From Promethearchaeia archaeon (lineage in GTDB: Archaea > Asgardarchaeota > Lokiarchaeia > Sigyniarchaeales > SOKP01): 32,000 bases of DNA. The notes under the pieces are model-generated. The model saw only the letters and a program-made list of their open reading frames with translations, ran no database searches and had not been told where the DNA came from. The translations under genes and the position numbers were made by a program. Below, piece after piece: positions 16,780 to 26,853 of this stretch (within the stretch, counting starts at the first letter, position 1; each line of letters starts with the position of its first letter). Location: positions 1-32,000 of the forward strand of contig JAWOFX010000130.1 in the NCBI GenBank assembly GCA_046497275.1. Direction: 5' to 3'.

Positions 16780-18228
16780 TCAATCTAAACCTAATAATCC
16801 TCTCATACCAGGATATTGCGCAGCAGCTAACTCTTTACTTATAGTTTCTGCATATTGATGTGTTATCCCTATGGCGATTAATAAACCTGTTCCAGAGGTA
16901 AGAGCTCCTAAACCATCAGCAAAAAAACTCAATCCGGCGATTATGATGCCATTTAATACTACGAGAGTAGGGATATATCGTTTTAAAATCCGTTCGATAA
17001 TTTTTTCAGAGCTTCTAAACCCTGGTATTTGCATTCCAGAATCAATTATTTGTCCCGCAACATCTCGAGGAGCTAGTCCACTTACTTCCACCCATACTCG
17101 TCCTAAATAAATACACAACAAAATGAAGATCCCCAAATAAATAACCGCTCTCAGAGGATCAGCGAGTAAAGCGGCGATTCCTTGTGGAGGTGAAAGATAA
17201 TACATTAACCCCCCAGTAGGTATTAAATAATTAGTTCCTGACGCCTCTGAAGGCTCAAACATACCTATTAGATTAAGGAAAAAATTAGTACCGTTATGTG
17301 AATTCCAAATCATTTGACCGAAGAAGAGAAAATTTGCATACAACGCGTTAACAAGAATGACAGGAATAACAGAAACATAAAGTAGTTTCATCGGATATTT
17401 CCCCTTAAACCCTCGATAGCCTCGATACTGCAATGGAATCTCCACTTTTGTCGATTCAAACCAAACTACCATTAAAAAGATTATTACCGTTGTAATACCG
17501 CCTAAAATTGAAGGTAATTGTGTTTCACCCCTGAGGACTATGGTTCCTAAGGTGGTTTCGGGATTTCCATCAAAAAGTGCAGAAAAAAATGCTATTACTA
17601 TTCCTCTTGGTAAACCGTCTTCCCCGGGGATAAAATTAAAAGCATTCCAGAATATCTGGCCCGCAACTCCCGCTGCGATGAATAATGAAACTCCGCTGCC
17701 TAATCCCCATCCTTTTTGAAGTAATTCATCTAATAAAATAATGATTATACCAGCGAAGAAGAGTTGCATAAAAATAAATACTACATTCATAATCCCTAAC
17801 TCATTAATTGGACCGAAAGCACCCCCTAATAGATATGCTGTTGCATTAAACACGGTTAACATCATTGAAAGAACCTTCTGAGCTCCACTAAACATTGATC
17901 TATCATAAGGATCTGCCATATTCACGTTAATTAGCTTTGATCCTAATAATAATTGCATGATTAGACCAGAAGTCACAATAGGACCGATTCCTAATTCTGT
18001 AAGTGTCCCTCTATTACTGGCTAAAATTACCCGCATCCAATAAAAGTAATCTGTAGATTCTTCGAGTTGCACTCCATAAAGGGGAATATTCGACATTACA
18101 AGATATATTATCAAAACTACAGCCGTCCAGATAAATTTTTCTTTAAACGAAACTTCACGCTGAGGTGCTTTTATTTCAGGTGTGATCTTCACAAACGGTG
18201 TGAAAAAACGTATAAATTTAGACGTCAT
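16780..18228 (-). CDS. secY: Protein translocase subunit SecY/Sec61alpha
   Basis: PEIKAPQREVSFKEKFIWT, ASNRGTLTELGIGPIVTSGLIMQLL, DELLQKGWGLGSGVSLFIA, YPMKLLYVSVIP, RYIP, SGTGLLIA. Confidence 0.98.
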   Translation of the reverse strand: MTSKFIRFFTPFVKITPEIKAPQREVSFKEKFIWTAVVLIIYLVMSNIPLYGVQLEESTDYFYWMRVILASNRGTLTELGIGPIVTSGLIMQLLLGSKLINVNMADPYDRSMFSGAQKVLSMMLTVFNATAYLLGGAFGPINELGIMNVVFIFMQLFFAGIIIILLDELLQKGWGLGSGVSLFIAAGVAGQIFWNAFNFIPGEDGLPRGIVIAFFSALFDGNPETTLGTIVLRGETQLPSILGGITTVIIFLMVVWFESTKVEIPLQYRGYRGFKGKYPMKLLYVSVIPVILVNALYANFLFFGQMIWNSHNGTNFFLNLIGMFEPSEASGTNYLIPTGGLMYYLSPPQGIAALLADPLRAVIYLGIFILLCIYLGRVWVEVSGLAPRDVAGQIIDSGMQIPGFRSSEKIIERILKRYIPTLVVLNGIIIAGLSFFADGLGALTSGTGLLIAIGITHQYAETISKELAAAQYPGMRGLLGLD

Positions 18229-18520
18229 TATTTTTTTAGTAATATTTAAAAATTCTGGACATTATCTTTTTTAATAATTTTTTTTAAAAAAACCTTTCGT
18301 AATAGTTCTCTTCTTAAATAAACTCCATCTTTCAAAACTTAATTTTAATATTTAATATCACTCTAAAAAACCAAGAATATTTTTAAACCCTCTTGATAAT
18401 AAAAAAAGTATAAAAAAATTGAAAAATTATCTTTATTATATTTTCCGAATTCCTTATTTGTCTGAAGATTAACCAAACTGTCTATCTCCTAAAGTAAATA
18501 AAAGATATTCTTGACATTCC

Positions 18521-18814
18521 CTAAAATAAGGAGCCAATTCCTGCCGGTTCTTCCTCTTCCTCTTCCTCTTTTTTAGCCTCTTCTTCTTTTGCTTGAGGAG
18601 CACCACCACTTGTAGCAGGCATTGATGCTACAGGAGCAGCTGAAGCAGATTGTAATATTGTATCAATATCTGTCTCATTTAAACCAGCCACAAGCTTTGT
18701 AATTTGCTGTTTATCTGGTTCTATATCAGCAGCTTTCAAAATCTTTTCAATACTTGCTTCGGTAATGTCTTTCGATGCTTTATGAAGCAAAAGTGCGGCA
18801 TAAATACTTTCCAT
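18521..18814 (-). CDS. rpl12: Ribosomal stalk protein P1/L12
   Basis: MESIYAALLLH..ITEASIEKILKAA, acidic hinge, C-terminal GIGSLF. Confidence 0.96.
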   Translation of the reverse strand: MESIYAALLLHKASKDITEASIEKILKAADIEPDKQQITKLVAGLNETDIDTILQSASAAPVASMPATSGGAPQAKEEEAKKEEEEEEEPAGIGSLF

Positions 18815-18859
18815 TTTCTATTACCTCTAATTTTTTAATTTTTAATTTTTAATATATTA

Positions 18860-19834
18860 TTAGAATAAGCTTCCTATTCCAGAAACTTCATCCTCCTTTT
18901 CCTGATCTTTCTTTTCTTCTTTCTTCTCTTCAGTTTTAGGTTTCCCACTTGGAGGTGATGCAATTCCTTCTCCAAAAATCATCGCATTCATAACATTTGC
19001 ATGAGATTGTGCTTTTTTAAGATAATCCTCGATGAATGTTTCATCTATAAATGGCATCTCGAAAAGTAAAGCTATTGCTTCGCGATGAGCTTTCTGCATC
19101 AAAGGTTCAAAGGTTTCTTTGTCGATTATCCCTAGTTCAAGGGCTATTGTCTGTGCTATTATATATGAAGATGCAACTTCCTCTCTAAATTTCGCCAAAT
19201 CCATATATATAACATCTTCAAGAATAAGATCCCCATCAGACCAGGCAGTATGAATCTTTAGAATTGATTCAATGGGTTCAACTCCAAGCTTTTTCAATAC
19301 AGATGCTTCTTTAGTTGAAACAATATCTCCTGCTTCATGGGTGACCGTATCTTCTCGGATATGTATTGTGTCATTTTTAATCATGGTAGGTAGCTTTAAA
19401 GTCATATTCAATTCACTTATTACTTGACCAGTGGGCAATCCAGTATCTCCTGCAGGAACGACAATATCAACGGGAGTCCGTTGATCAGGTTTTGCGGCAA
19501 CCATCCATTTATTTTCTAAGAAAATTCTTCTTAATTCAAAAGGATCTATATCAGTAAAAATAAGAGCGGATTGACCAGGTATACTTTCTTTTAATTCATC
19601 TATATTTTCCTTATTACTCTCTTCTTGATATTTATCAAGCGCTCGCTGTTGCAAAGATTTTTTCGACATTCGAATTACCGCTTTACCTCTAAGTATTTTT
19701 CTCATCTCCTGAACTTGTTTATCGTTAATATTAGAAACATCAATTACAATAATATTATCGTATTTTTCCATTAAATCCTTAAGATATTTAATCTCATCCT
19801 TTTTCCATTGAGGGATTGTTTTTTCTGACATCAT
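18860..19834 (-). CDS. rpl10: Ribosomal stalk protein P0/uL10
   Basis: IPQWK, QEMRKILRG, AAKPDQ..DIVVPAGDTGLP, LKKLGVEP, C-terminal GIGSLF. Confidence 0.96.
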   Translation of the reverse strand: MMSEKTIPQWKKDEIKYLKDLMEKYDNIIVIDVSNINDKQVQEMRKILRGKAVIRMSKKSLQQRALDKYQEESNKENIDELKESIPGQSALIFTDIDPFELRRIFLENKWMVAAKPDQRTPVDIVVPAGDTGLPTGQVISELNMTLKLPTMIKNDTIHIREDTVTHEAGDIVSTKEASVLKKLGVEPIESILKIHTAWSDGDLILEDVIYMDLAKFREEVASSYIIAQTIALELGIIDKETFEPLMQKAHREAIALLFEMPFIDETFIEDYLKKAQSHANVMNAMIFGEGIASPPSGKPKTEEKKEEKKDQEKEDEVSGIGSLF

Positions 19835-19840
19835 TTTTCA

Positions 19841-20569
19841 TTATTCACCCACACTATCCAGGAATTCCTCGTCTACTTTAACAGGTTTTCCCATTGTTGT
19901 TTTTATATACATATTTCGGATATTATTATATTTATGAGGCATTTGATCGACAATATAATCAACCACAGTTTCAATGTTCTCAAAAACCTTTTCATTTTCC
20001 ATAGATTTTTTACCTACCTTAACTTGGATCATTGGTGTTTTTTTTACTTGAATTCTAATAATTCGTTTATATCTATTGATAGCATTTTCAAGCTCTTCTA
20101 CTGTAGAAACGATTCCATACCCTGCTGGAAACGGTTTCGGCATTTTACCTCGTGGGCCAAGAAACCTCGCTAAGTATCGAGCAACTGTAGGCATTAATTT
20201 ATCTTCTACAATAAAAAACTTATAGTTCTTTACAAATTTTTTTTTTTCTTTCTTCTCTTGAGCGTTTAATTTTTCTAATCCATCAGAATCCAGTGTATCT
20301 ACATCCATCTTTTTCGCTTGTAATAAAAGCTCTCCAGATGCTATTACGCATAGTTTTGATTCCCTTTCCTTTGCTACGGGATGTGGCAATATTAATTCTT
20401 TATCAATTCGTTGTTTCGGATCATTAAGATCAATATCTTTAATATTAATGATTAAATCGACAGATTCATCAAAATTACGTTTTTTAGGTTTATGTCCTTC
20501 TTTTTCTCTTACAGAAAAATCTATAGCTGTTGTTAACGATCGTTTTAATAATCTATCATCAACTTTCAT
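19841..20569 (-). CDS. rpl1: Ribosomal protein uL1
   Basis: KKRNFDESVDLIIN, LGPRGKMPKP, IQVKVG, YIKTTMGKP. Confidence 0.97.
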   Translation of the reverse strand: MKVDDRLLKRSLTTAIDFSVREKEGHKPKKRNFDESVDLIINIKDIDLNDPKQRIDKELILPHPVAKERESKLCVIASGELLLQAKKMDVDTLDSDGLEKLNAQEKKEKKKFVKNYKFFIVEDKLMPTVARYLARFLGPRGKMPKPFPAGYGIVSTVEELENAINRYKRIIRIQVKKTPMIQVKVGKKSMENEKVFENIETVVDYIVDQMPHKYNNIRNMYIKTTMGKPVKVDEEFLDSVGE

Positions 20570-21069
20570 AATAATTCCTCCGTAATTTGATCATCATATT
20601 CTCCATTATCAATTCTTTTTTGAATAGTTCGAGGATCTTCTCCTTCAATGGTCGCTCCTATTGATAAGGCTGTCCCAAGAACTGTTCTCATGGCAGCTTT
20701 ATACGTTTTTTCTAAAAAAGTATCTTTTTTTGCTTCAACAACAGACTTAATTTGATCTAAGGTTAAATCCCCTATTTTTTCTTCTGCACAATTAGAACTT
20801 CCTTGCACCGCTCCTAATTCTTTTAGAAGCAAAGATGCTGTTGAAGGAGTCTCAATAAATATCTCAAATTTCTTAGTTTCTGGATCACACACTATTCGTA
20901 CAGGTACAGATAATCCTTTGAACATTTGCGTTTCTTCATTTATTTTATCTATGACATCTTTTATGTTTATACCAGTTGGTCCAACTGCAGGACCGATAGG
21001 CGGTCCACCAGATGCACTACCTCCTGTAACAAGTGCTTTAACTACTATTTTTTCCGACTGTTCACTCAT
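20566..21069 (-). CDS. rpl11: Ribosomal protein uL11
   Basis: GGSASGGPPIGPAVGPTG, FKGLSVPV, TPSTASLL, GDLTLDQI, VLGTALSIG. Confidence 0.97.
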   Translation of the reverse strand: MSEQSEKIVVKALVTGGSASGGPPIGPAVGPTGINIKDVIDKINEETQMFKGLSVPVRIVCDPETKKFEIFIETPSTASLLLKELGAVQGSSNCAEEKIGDLTLDQIKSVVEAKKDTFLEKTYKAAMRTVLGTALSIGATIEGEDPRTIQKRIDNGEYDDQITEELL

Positions 21070-21218
21070 TTGTAATCCTCTTCAATAATTATTATATTTT
21101 CAAAACAAATAGTAAAAAGGCTAAATTGTAGGTTCGTTTATTTCAATACATTTTATGATGCTATATTGAAACCGTTAAACACGTACTAAGCCTTTTAGAA
21201 TTGTTTTGACTTAGTAAA

Positions 21219-21226
21219 TTTAAAAA
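21219..21226 (-). promoter_or_regulatory. Candidate TATA box for the rpl11 operon
   Basis: TTTTTAAA on the minus strand, about 23 nt before the start of a long leader hairpin. The region is AT-rich, so specificity is limited. Confidence 0.35.
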
Positions 21227-21452
21227 TACTTGAAAATTAAAAAGTTTTATTAAAAAAATAGAAAAAAAAGATATTATGTGAATTGGTATTTTTAGACTCT
21301 ATTCATTTAATAGCCAATTTACTATATAATCTGGAAAGAAAAATCCTAAGTAATAAGTTATAGAACTTATGATTAAAATCAAGCGAACAAGTATAATCAT
21401 AAAAATTGTTGTTTAGGAAGAGATAATTATTTAAATTTTGAAATTTGTAATG

Positions 21453-21641
21453 TTAGTGAGTCCAGCGACAACACAATCTTCTGCCATAATCTAAATTATT
21501 TTTCAAATATTCTTCAGAAAGGATTTCATGTACTGTTTGGTAGTCTAAATTAAGCTTTTTGGCAATATCTTCTATATCCATGCCTGGAATGGTTATTAGC
21601 TCCAAAATAGTCTTTTTTGTCTCTTCATTTACTTCAATCAT
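21453..21641 (-). CDS. Small helix-turn-helix protein with a C-terminal CC motif
   Basis: PGMDIEDIAKKLNLDYQTVHEILS (HTH pattern); tail YGRRLCCRWTH. Confidence 0.7.
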   Translation of the reverse strand: MIEVNEETKKTILELITIPGMDIEDIAKKLNLDYQTVHEILSEEYLKNNLDYGRRLCCRWTH

Positions 21642-21710
21642 TTTGATTCACTAAATTATAGAGAAATACAAATTAAAAATATCTTTTTTATATTTTAAAA
21701 TTTTTGCCCT

Positions 21711-22388
21711 TCATTCTTCTAATAAAACTTTATTGTGGAGAGTTCCTATATTTTCAATATAAATTTCAATAACATCTCCAGGTGAAATTGGTCCAATTCC
21801 ACTCGGAGTACCAGTAGCAATAATATCATCTGGCTTTAAAGTAAAAAATTGAGAAATATAGTTAATTAAAAATGGTATTTTAAAAATAAGATATTTAGTA
21901 TTCGAAAATTGTTTCCTTTCACCATTTAATTTTAACTCTAAGTTAAGATTATGAGGATCATCTAATTTTACGATTTTCGGACCGATAACACCAAATGTGT
22001 CAAATGATTTTGATTTAAACCATGGTTTTTTTGAAGATATATCCTTAATCTGCATTTTTCTTGCTGTAACATCATTAAAAACACTATAACCTAATATATA
22101 TTCATAGGCATTGTCTTCTGAAATATTCTTTCCTTCTTTTTTAATAATGACAGCCAATTCCGCTTCATAGTCTACCCTGTTATATTTTTTATTATTATAT
22201 AGTATTTTGGGGTAGATAATGGGATCTTTATGACCGATCAAACAATTTAATGTTTTATTAAAAAGAAGTGGTTCTTCAGGAATTTCTCTATGTGTTTCTT
22301 CAATATGATCTTTATAATTCAACCCTAAACAGATTATTTTTGTGGGATTTAGCGTTTTCTTTCCTATTTTTATCATAATTGTTATCAT
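21711..22388 (-). CDS. Fumarylacetoacetate hydrolase family protein
   Basis: KIICLGLNYKDH, DYEAELAVII, NDVTAR, KSFDTF..GP, DIIATGTPSG. Confidence 0.95.
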   Translation of the reverse strand: MITIMIKIGKKTLNPTKIICLGLNYKDHIEETHREIPEEPLLFNKTLNCLIGHKDPIIYPKILYNNKKYNRVDYEAELAVIIKKEGKNISEDNAYEYILGYSVFNDVTARKMQIKDISSKKPWFKSKSFDTFGVIGPKIVKLDDPHNLNLELKLNGERKQFSNTKYLIFKIPFLINYISQFFTLKPDDIIATGTPSGIGPISPGDVIEIYIENIGTLHNKVLLEE

Positions 22389-22543
22389 TTAATCCTCTAA
22401 GATTTATCAATATTCCTAATTGAAGTATTTGGGGAATCTGAAAAAATTGGACGAATTATTTAAATCATAGAACGTTAATTATACTAAGCAAATTAATTGC
22501 TTTTCTACTCAAATATTTAAATCTTTAAATATATTTTTAATAG

Positions 22544-23113
22544 GTGTTTGTAATCAGTAATAGCATCAATTCTGAAAATAAAAGTTCACGAACTAGGACA
22601 AGTATTGCTAAACGAGTAGCAACTACTGGATTATTAATTCCTGTAGGCTTGATATTGAGTTACATCAACCCTTTTGCTTATATTCCTATTGCTGGAGCGA
22701 AAGTTAACCCCTTTGCTCATATTATTAACTCTATTTCTGGAGTTTTAATTGGATTATCCTTTTCAATAACTACCGCATTAGCAATCGCAGCTTTAAGATT
22801 TTCTCTCGCGATTGGATCTATTCATGCATTTCACGGAGGAGTTTCAGGAGCTTTAGTAGTTGGGGTCTTTTCTTTCATATTAAGAAGAAAAAATGAAAAA
22901 TATGTCGAATACGCAGCGCTTTTTGAACCTCTTGGAACTATTTTTATTGGAGGAACTATAGCATATTTAATCTCTCCGATTGGGACTATTTTATATGGTC
23001 TAAGCTTTTGGTGGGGATTATTTGCAGCTAATTGTATCCCAGGATCTATAATAGGCTTTTTAACTTTAAAAATCTTGAATAGAGCAGGGCTCTCATGGAA
23101 GGATTTTTTCTAA
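22544..23113 (+). CDS. thiW: ECF transporter S-component, ThiW family
   Basis: NPFAHIIN..SGVLIG, ALRFSLAIGS..AFHGG..GA, EPLGT..IG; hydrophobic; GTG start. Confidence 0.75.
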   Translation: MFVISNSINSENKSSRTRTSIAKRVATTGLLIPVGLILSYINPFAYIPIAGAKVNPFAHIINSISGVLIGLSFSITTALAIAALRFSLAIGSIHAFHGGVSGALVVGVFSFILRRKNEKYVEYAALFEPLGTIFIGGTIAYLISPIGTILYGLSFWWGLFAANCIPGSIIGFLTLKILNRAGLSWKDFF

Positions 23114-23144
23114 CTAATAGATATTTGGTTTAATATAATATATT

Positions 23145-23744
23145 ATGAATTGCCGAAATAAATTGGATTTTGAAAGAATATTGGGAATAAAGGTACTTTT
23201 ATATGGTGAGACAAATACATATAAGACTTTCTGTTCCGCTAAATATGTACAATTTCTTTTAGAAGATAGAAAAATTAATCCTAACCAAATTTCAATAATT
23301 GATTTCGCACCTAAATTGCAAACTATTGATGATTTGAAAATAGGTGGAAAGGTTAAGGATTATTTTAAAAAGAGTAACTTATGTAGATATTTGGACACTA
23401 ATGAAGAAATCATCCCTCCACGATTACATGCTAAAAATAGGAAGGAATTATATCATAACGTATGTCATAATTATAGACAAACAAGAATAATTCTTCAAGA
23501 ATTTAACGAGAACCCAACCCCATATTTAGTAATAAATGACATTTCTATCTATCTCCATTTAGGGGATAAAAGAGATTTGATTGAAGCAATGGAAAATGCT
23601 AAAACTGTAATTGGAAATGCATACTATGGTAAAAATATTAGTCAAAAAGCTAAATTTGCAAGATTATTTAGTCTAAAAGAACAAATCAAAATAAAAAATC
23701 TTAGAAAATATTTCGATAAAACAATTCTAATGGAAAAAACTTAA
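23145..23744 (+). CDS. Hypothetical protein with a P-loop-like fold and degenerate Walker A
   Basis: KVLLYGETNTYKT, ISIIDFAP, LVINDISIY (Walker-B-like strand), NAYYG. Confidence 0.6.
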   Translation: MNCRNKLDFERILGIKVLLYGETNTYKTFCSAKYVQFLLEDRKINPNQISIIDFAPKLQTIDDLKIGGKVKDYFKKSNLCRYLDTNEEIIPPRLHAKNRKELYHNVCHNYRQTRIILQEFNENPTPYLVINDISIYLHLGDKRDLIEAMENAKTVIGNAYYGKNISQKAKFARLFSLKEQIKIKNLRKYFDKTILMEKT

Positions 23745-24088
23745 TTTGGGAGTTCATTTGAAAGGCTGAAAATTTCACATTGAAGGATTTTTTTAAATTC
23801 TAAATCCCTTTCATCTAAACAACCATTATTATCGTAGATATCAATAGGACACTCATAATCAGTAGAAAGTAAGGCTGAGATTATTAAATTAGAGATAGTA
23901 CTATAACATCCTGTTCTTTCTTTATATTTGAACAAATCATCAACAAGTTTCGATACCAATTCAAATTTCTTCTTCTGTTTTATTCTCTTATTTTGAGCAT
24001 ATGTTATTTCAATTTGCTTCCCCATCATTTCATAACTGTAATTCTTCTCAACATGCAATCCATTTTTTTGATTGTTCATATCAATCAT
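23741..24088 (-). CDS. Hypothetical protein (115 aa)
   Basis: ORF fills an otherwise empty gap after the radical SAM gene; overlaps the convergent gene by 4 bp. Confidence 0.55.
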   Translation of the reverse strand: MIDMNNQKNGLHVEKNYSYEMMGKQIEITYAQNKRIKQKKKFELVSKLVDDLFKYKERTGCYSTISNLIISALLSTDYECPIDIYDNNGCLDERDLEFKKILQCEIFSLSNELPN

Positions 24089-24278
24089 AATCTGATTTAA
24101 ATTAGTTGGAACTCTAAAACAATTCTAAAATTAATTTGATTAGAATTCATAAAAACTCATATAATATTTAAGTGATATATCAAAAAAATGAAGGTTAAAT
24201 AACAAGTAAAACTAATTTGGACGTTTAAATATATTTGAATGACTAATAACTATAAATAAAATAGGATTATGAGATGAT

Positions 24279-25847
24279 TTAAGAAAGAGACTCTTTTTTA
24301 GATGTTGGATATTGAGGAATATGTGTTTCTATTTTGTATTGTTGCCCTGTTTTTTGTTCTATATGCTTTGCTTTATTAGTTATCGCCTTTAACTCATCCG
24401 ATATTTTTGATGTAGATATTCCTTGGCTTCGCAGCATTTCAAATCCGTTCTTTATAACTTCACTAACAAATCTTGGTATGCTTGAAAGCATCCAATTAAA
24501 TTTCCCGAACGGATTACAATATCTTTTCCCTACCATTAAAAGCCATTCTTTTCCAAAATAGTAGGACGAATATGCTTCGACTACTAATTCATATAGTTCT
24601 TTACTTGATAATTCATCAGTATCCATCATTGATTGGAATAGATCATAATTTCTGTAATTTTTTGATGCAATCTTTCCTTGAGCTTCCATCTCATCATAAA
24701 ATTCAGTTCCAGGAAAAGCAGTTATTGGGGTAAATTGAACACATGTTAAATTAAGTGATTTGGTAAATTGAATGGTTTGCCTTACCATTTTTTTAGTTTC
24801 TCCAGGAAAACCTATTATAACTCCTCCAAAAATCGAAATACCATAGTCTTGAAGCTTTTCCACCACTTCTCTTGTCATAATTGGTGTTGTCCCCCGTTTA
24901 TTCATCGCATTTAAGCTTTGTTGATGTACTGACTCAATACCAAGAAAAACTTGCCTCATCCCCGCTTTATGCATCAAATCGATTAACCAAGGATTTCTAT
25001 GTAGCGTATCAACTCTCGATTGACAACTGAAATACATCTTGTTATTTACTCGGGACTTAATAATCGCATCAAGTATGCGTTTTGTTCTTTTTATATTTAT
25101 AGTGAAATTATCTTCGCAGAAAAAAATGAAATCATTTTCTTTCCAATTGACATCATAGATTTCTTTCATTATTCGTTTCACGCTTTTTGACCTATAGGAT
25201 AAATGAGAATATGGATCGCTCCACATCTTATGAATACAACAAAATTTACATGAATGAGGACATCCTCTTGAACTTTCAAGGGAAGCAACTCTCACTCCCA
25301 AATAAACATATTTAGAATCATCAATTAAATCTCGTCTTGGTAAAGGAAAGTTATCTAGATTCTTTTCTAACTTACGATCCTTGTTATGAATCACTTTTCC
25401 CTTCTCATCTTTATAGGAAAGTCCATCAATATCTTTTAGCGTTATTTTGTGTTTATTGTCATTGATAAAATCGATTAGTTCTCGAAAAGTGTGTTCCCCT
25501 TCTCCTCTAATGACATAATCCACAGATGGATGTTTTATTACATGATCAGAAGCTAAGGTTGGGTGATATCCTCCAAGAATTGTTGGACAGTCTTGTTTCT
25601 TGGCGATGTCCGCAATCTCGAATGCACTGTAAATTTGTGGCGTCATGCTTGTTATCGCAACAACATCATGCCTATTTAATTCGCTAGCTAATTTATTTTC
25701 ATCAAAATCTTGAACCTTATAATCAATAAGTTTTGCATCGTGCTCGGGAACCATTGCGGCTAAGGTCATTAGGTTTAGGGGTTGCCCTTTAATAATAAAG
25801 TCAAGACCTGCTCTAATTCTTGTTGGATTGATATATAAAATTTTCAA
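24279..25847 (-). CDS. B12-binding radical SAM protein (class B methyltransferase-like)
   Basis: N-terminal cobalamin-binding domain (PLNLMTLAA, ILGGYHPT, RGEGE); SRGCPHSCKFC (CxxxCxxC); FLGIES, IIGFPGET. Confidence 0.95.
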   Translation of the reverse strand: MKILYINPTRIRAGLDFIIKGQPLNLMTLAAMVPEHDAKLIDYKVQDFDENKLASELNRHDVVAITSMTPQIYSAFEIADIAKKQDCPTILGGYHPTLASDHVIKHPSVDYVIRGEGEHTFRELIDFINDNKHKITLKDIDGLSYKDEKGKVIHNKDRKLEKNLDNFPLPRRDLIDDSKYVYLGVRVASLESSRGCPHSCKFCCIHKMWSDPYSHLSYRSKSVKRIMKEIYDVNWKENDFIFFCEDNFTINIKRTKRILDAIIKSRVNNKMYFSCQSRVDTLHRNPWLIDLMHKAGMRQVFLGIESVHQQSLNAMNKRGTTPIMTREVVEKLQDYGISIFGGVIIGFPGETKKMVRQTIQFTKSLNLTCVQFTPITAFPGTEFYDEMEAQGKIASKNYRNYDLFQSMMDTDELSSKELYELVVEAYSSYYFGKEWLLMVGKRYCNPFGKFNWMLSSIPRFVSEVIKNGFEMLRSQGISTSKISDELKAITNKAKHIEQKTGQQYKIETHIPQYPTSKKESLS

Positions 25848-26159
25848 TATTAATTTTCTCTTTTAAAGTAATTTAATTGTATTAGTTTATATAAAATTTT
25901 ATGGCATTCTAATATTAATTATTTTCGTTGAAATTGAAGAAAATATTTCAATTAAAAGAAAGAATATTATTATAATCATAAGACCTCCTTAACTATTAAA
26001 AATTTGGATTCTCAAATATATTAATTAAATATATCTTTTTCAATCATGAGGAATAATAATTTTTAAAGAATCTTGATTTTTCGTTCTAATTAGAAATGAC
26101 TTTTATTTTGTAAGAAATTATTTAAATTTAATTTTGAGAAAAAATTAAAAGGAATTATT

Positions 26160-26828
26160 ATGAGTAAAAAACGAAAATTGGTTCTTTTTGGTCCACCTGG
26201 CGCTGGTAAGGGTACTTTTGCCTCGCAAATAAAAAAAGTCTTGCCGAATATTATTCACGTTAGTACAGGCGACATCTTTAGAGAGAATCTAAATAATGAA
26301 ACTGAACTGGGATTAAAAGCAAAAGAATATATGGAAAAGGGAGAATTAGTTCCCGATGATGTTGTCATTGATATGGTAGATGATCGTTTAAATAAAAAAG
26401 ACCTTAAAAAGAATGGCTTTATTCTCGATGGATTTCCTAGAACCTCAGAACAAGCTAAAGCGCTATCAGAAATAACAAATATTGATTTATTCCTCTTGTT
26501 AGAGGTCCCGAGAGATATATTGAAGAAGAGAATTTTAGGTAGATTTTCTTGCCCTGAATGTGGAGAGATTTATAATAAATATACTCTACAACCAAATAAA
26601 AAAATCGGAGAAGATAAATGGATTTGTAATAAATGTGGGACAGAAATAGAATTTGAACAAAGAAGTGATGATACGGAAGAGACCTTAGAAAAGCGGTTAG
26701 ATGTATATGAAGAAAATGCAACCCCTATAAAGAATTATTATGATGAAAGAGGAAAATTGAAAAGAGTTGACGCACAGAATACATTAGACTTATCTGAAGG
26801 AGAAATTAAACAAATAATTGAAATTTAA
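26160..26828 (+). CDS. adk: Adenylate kinase, bacterial/eukaryotic type, with a zinc-binding LID
   Basis: GPPGAGKGT, HVSTGDIFR, GELVPD, LDGFPRT, CPECG..CNKCG, QRSDD. Confidence 0.96.
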   Translation: MSKKRKLVLFGPPGAGKGTFASQIKKVLPNIIHVSTGDIFRENLNNETELGLKAKEYMEKGELVPDDVVIDMVDDRLNKKDLKKNGFILDGFPRTSEQAKALSEITNIDLFLLLEVPRDILKKRILGRFSCPECGEIYNKYTLQPNKKIGEDKWICNKCGTEIEFEQRSDDTEETLEKRLDVYEENATPIKNYYDERGKLKRVDAQNTLDLSEGEIKQIIEI

Positions 26829-26853
26829 CTTATTTTTCTTATTTTTTATATAT

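Noticed and set aside
22389-22560. TPP riboswitch upstream of thiW
   Set aside because: Only a partial GGGG..CTGA resemblance; the conserved CTGAGA and ACCTGA..GGATAA..CGTAGG elements are absent.
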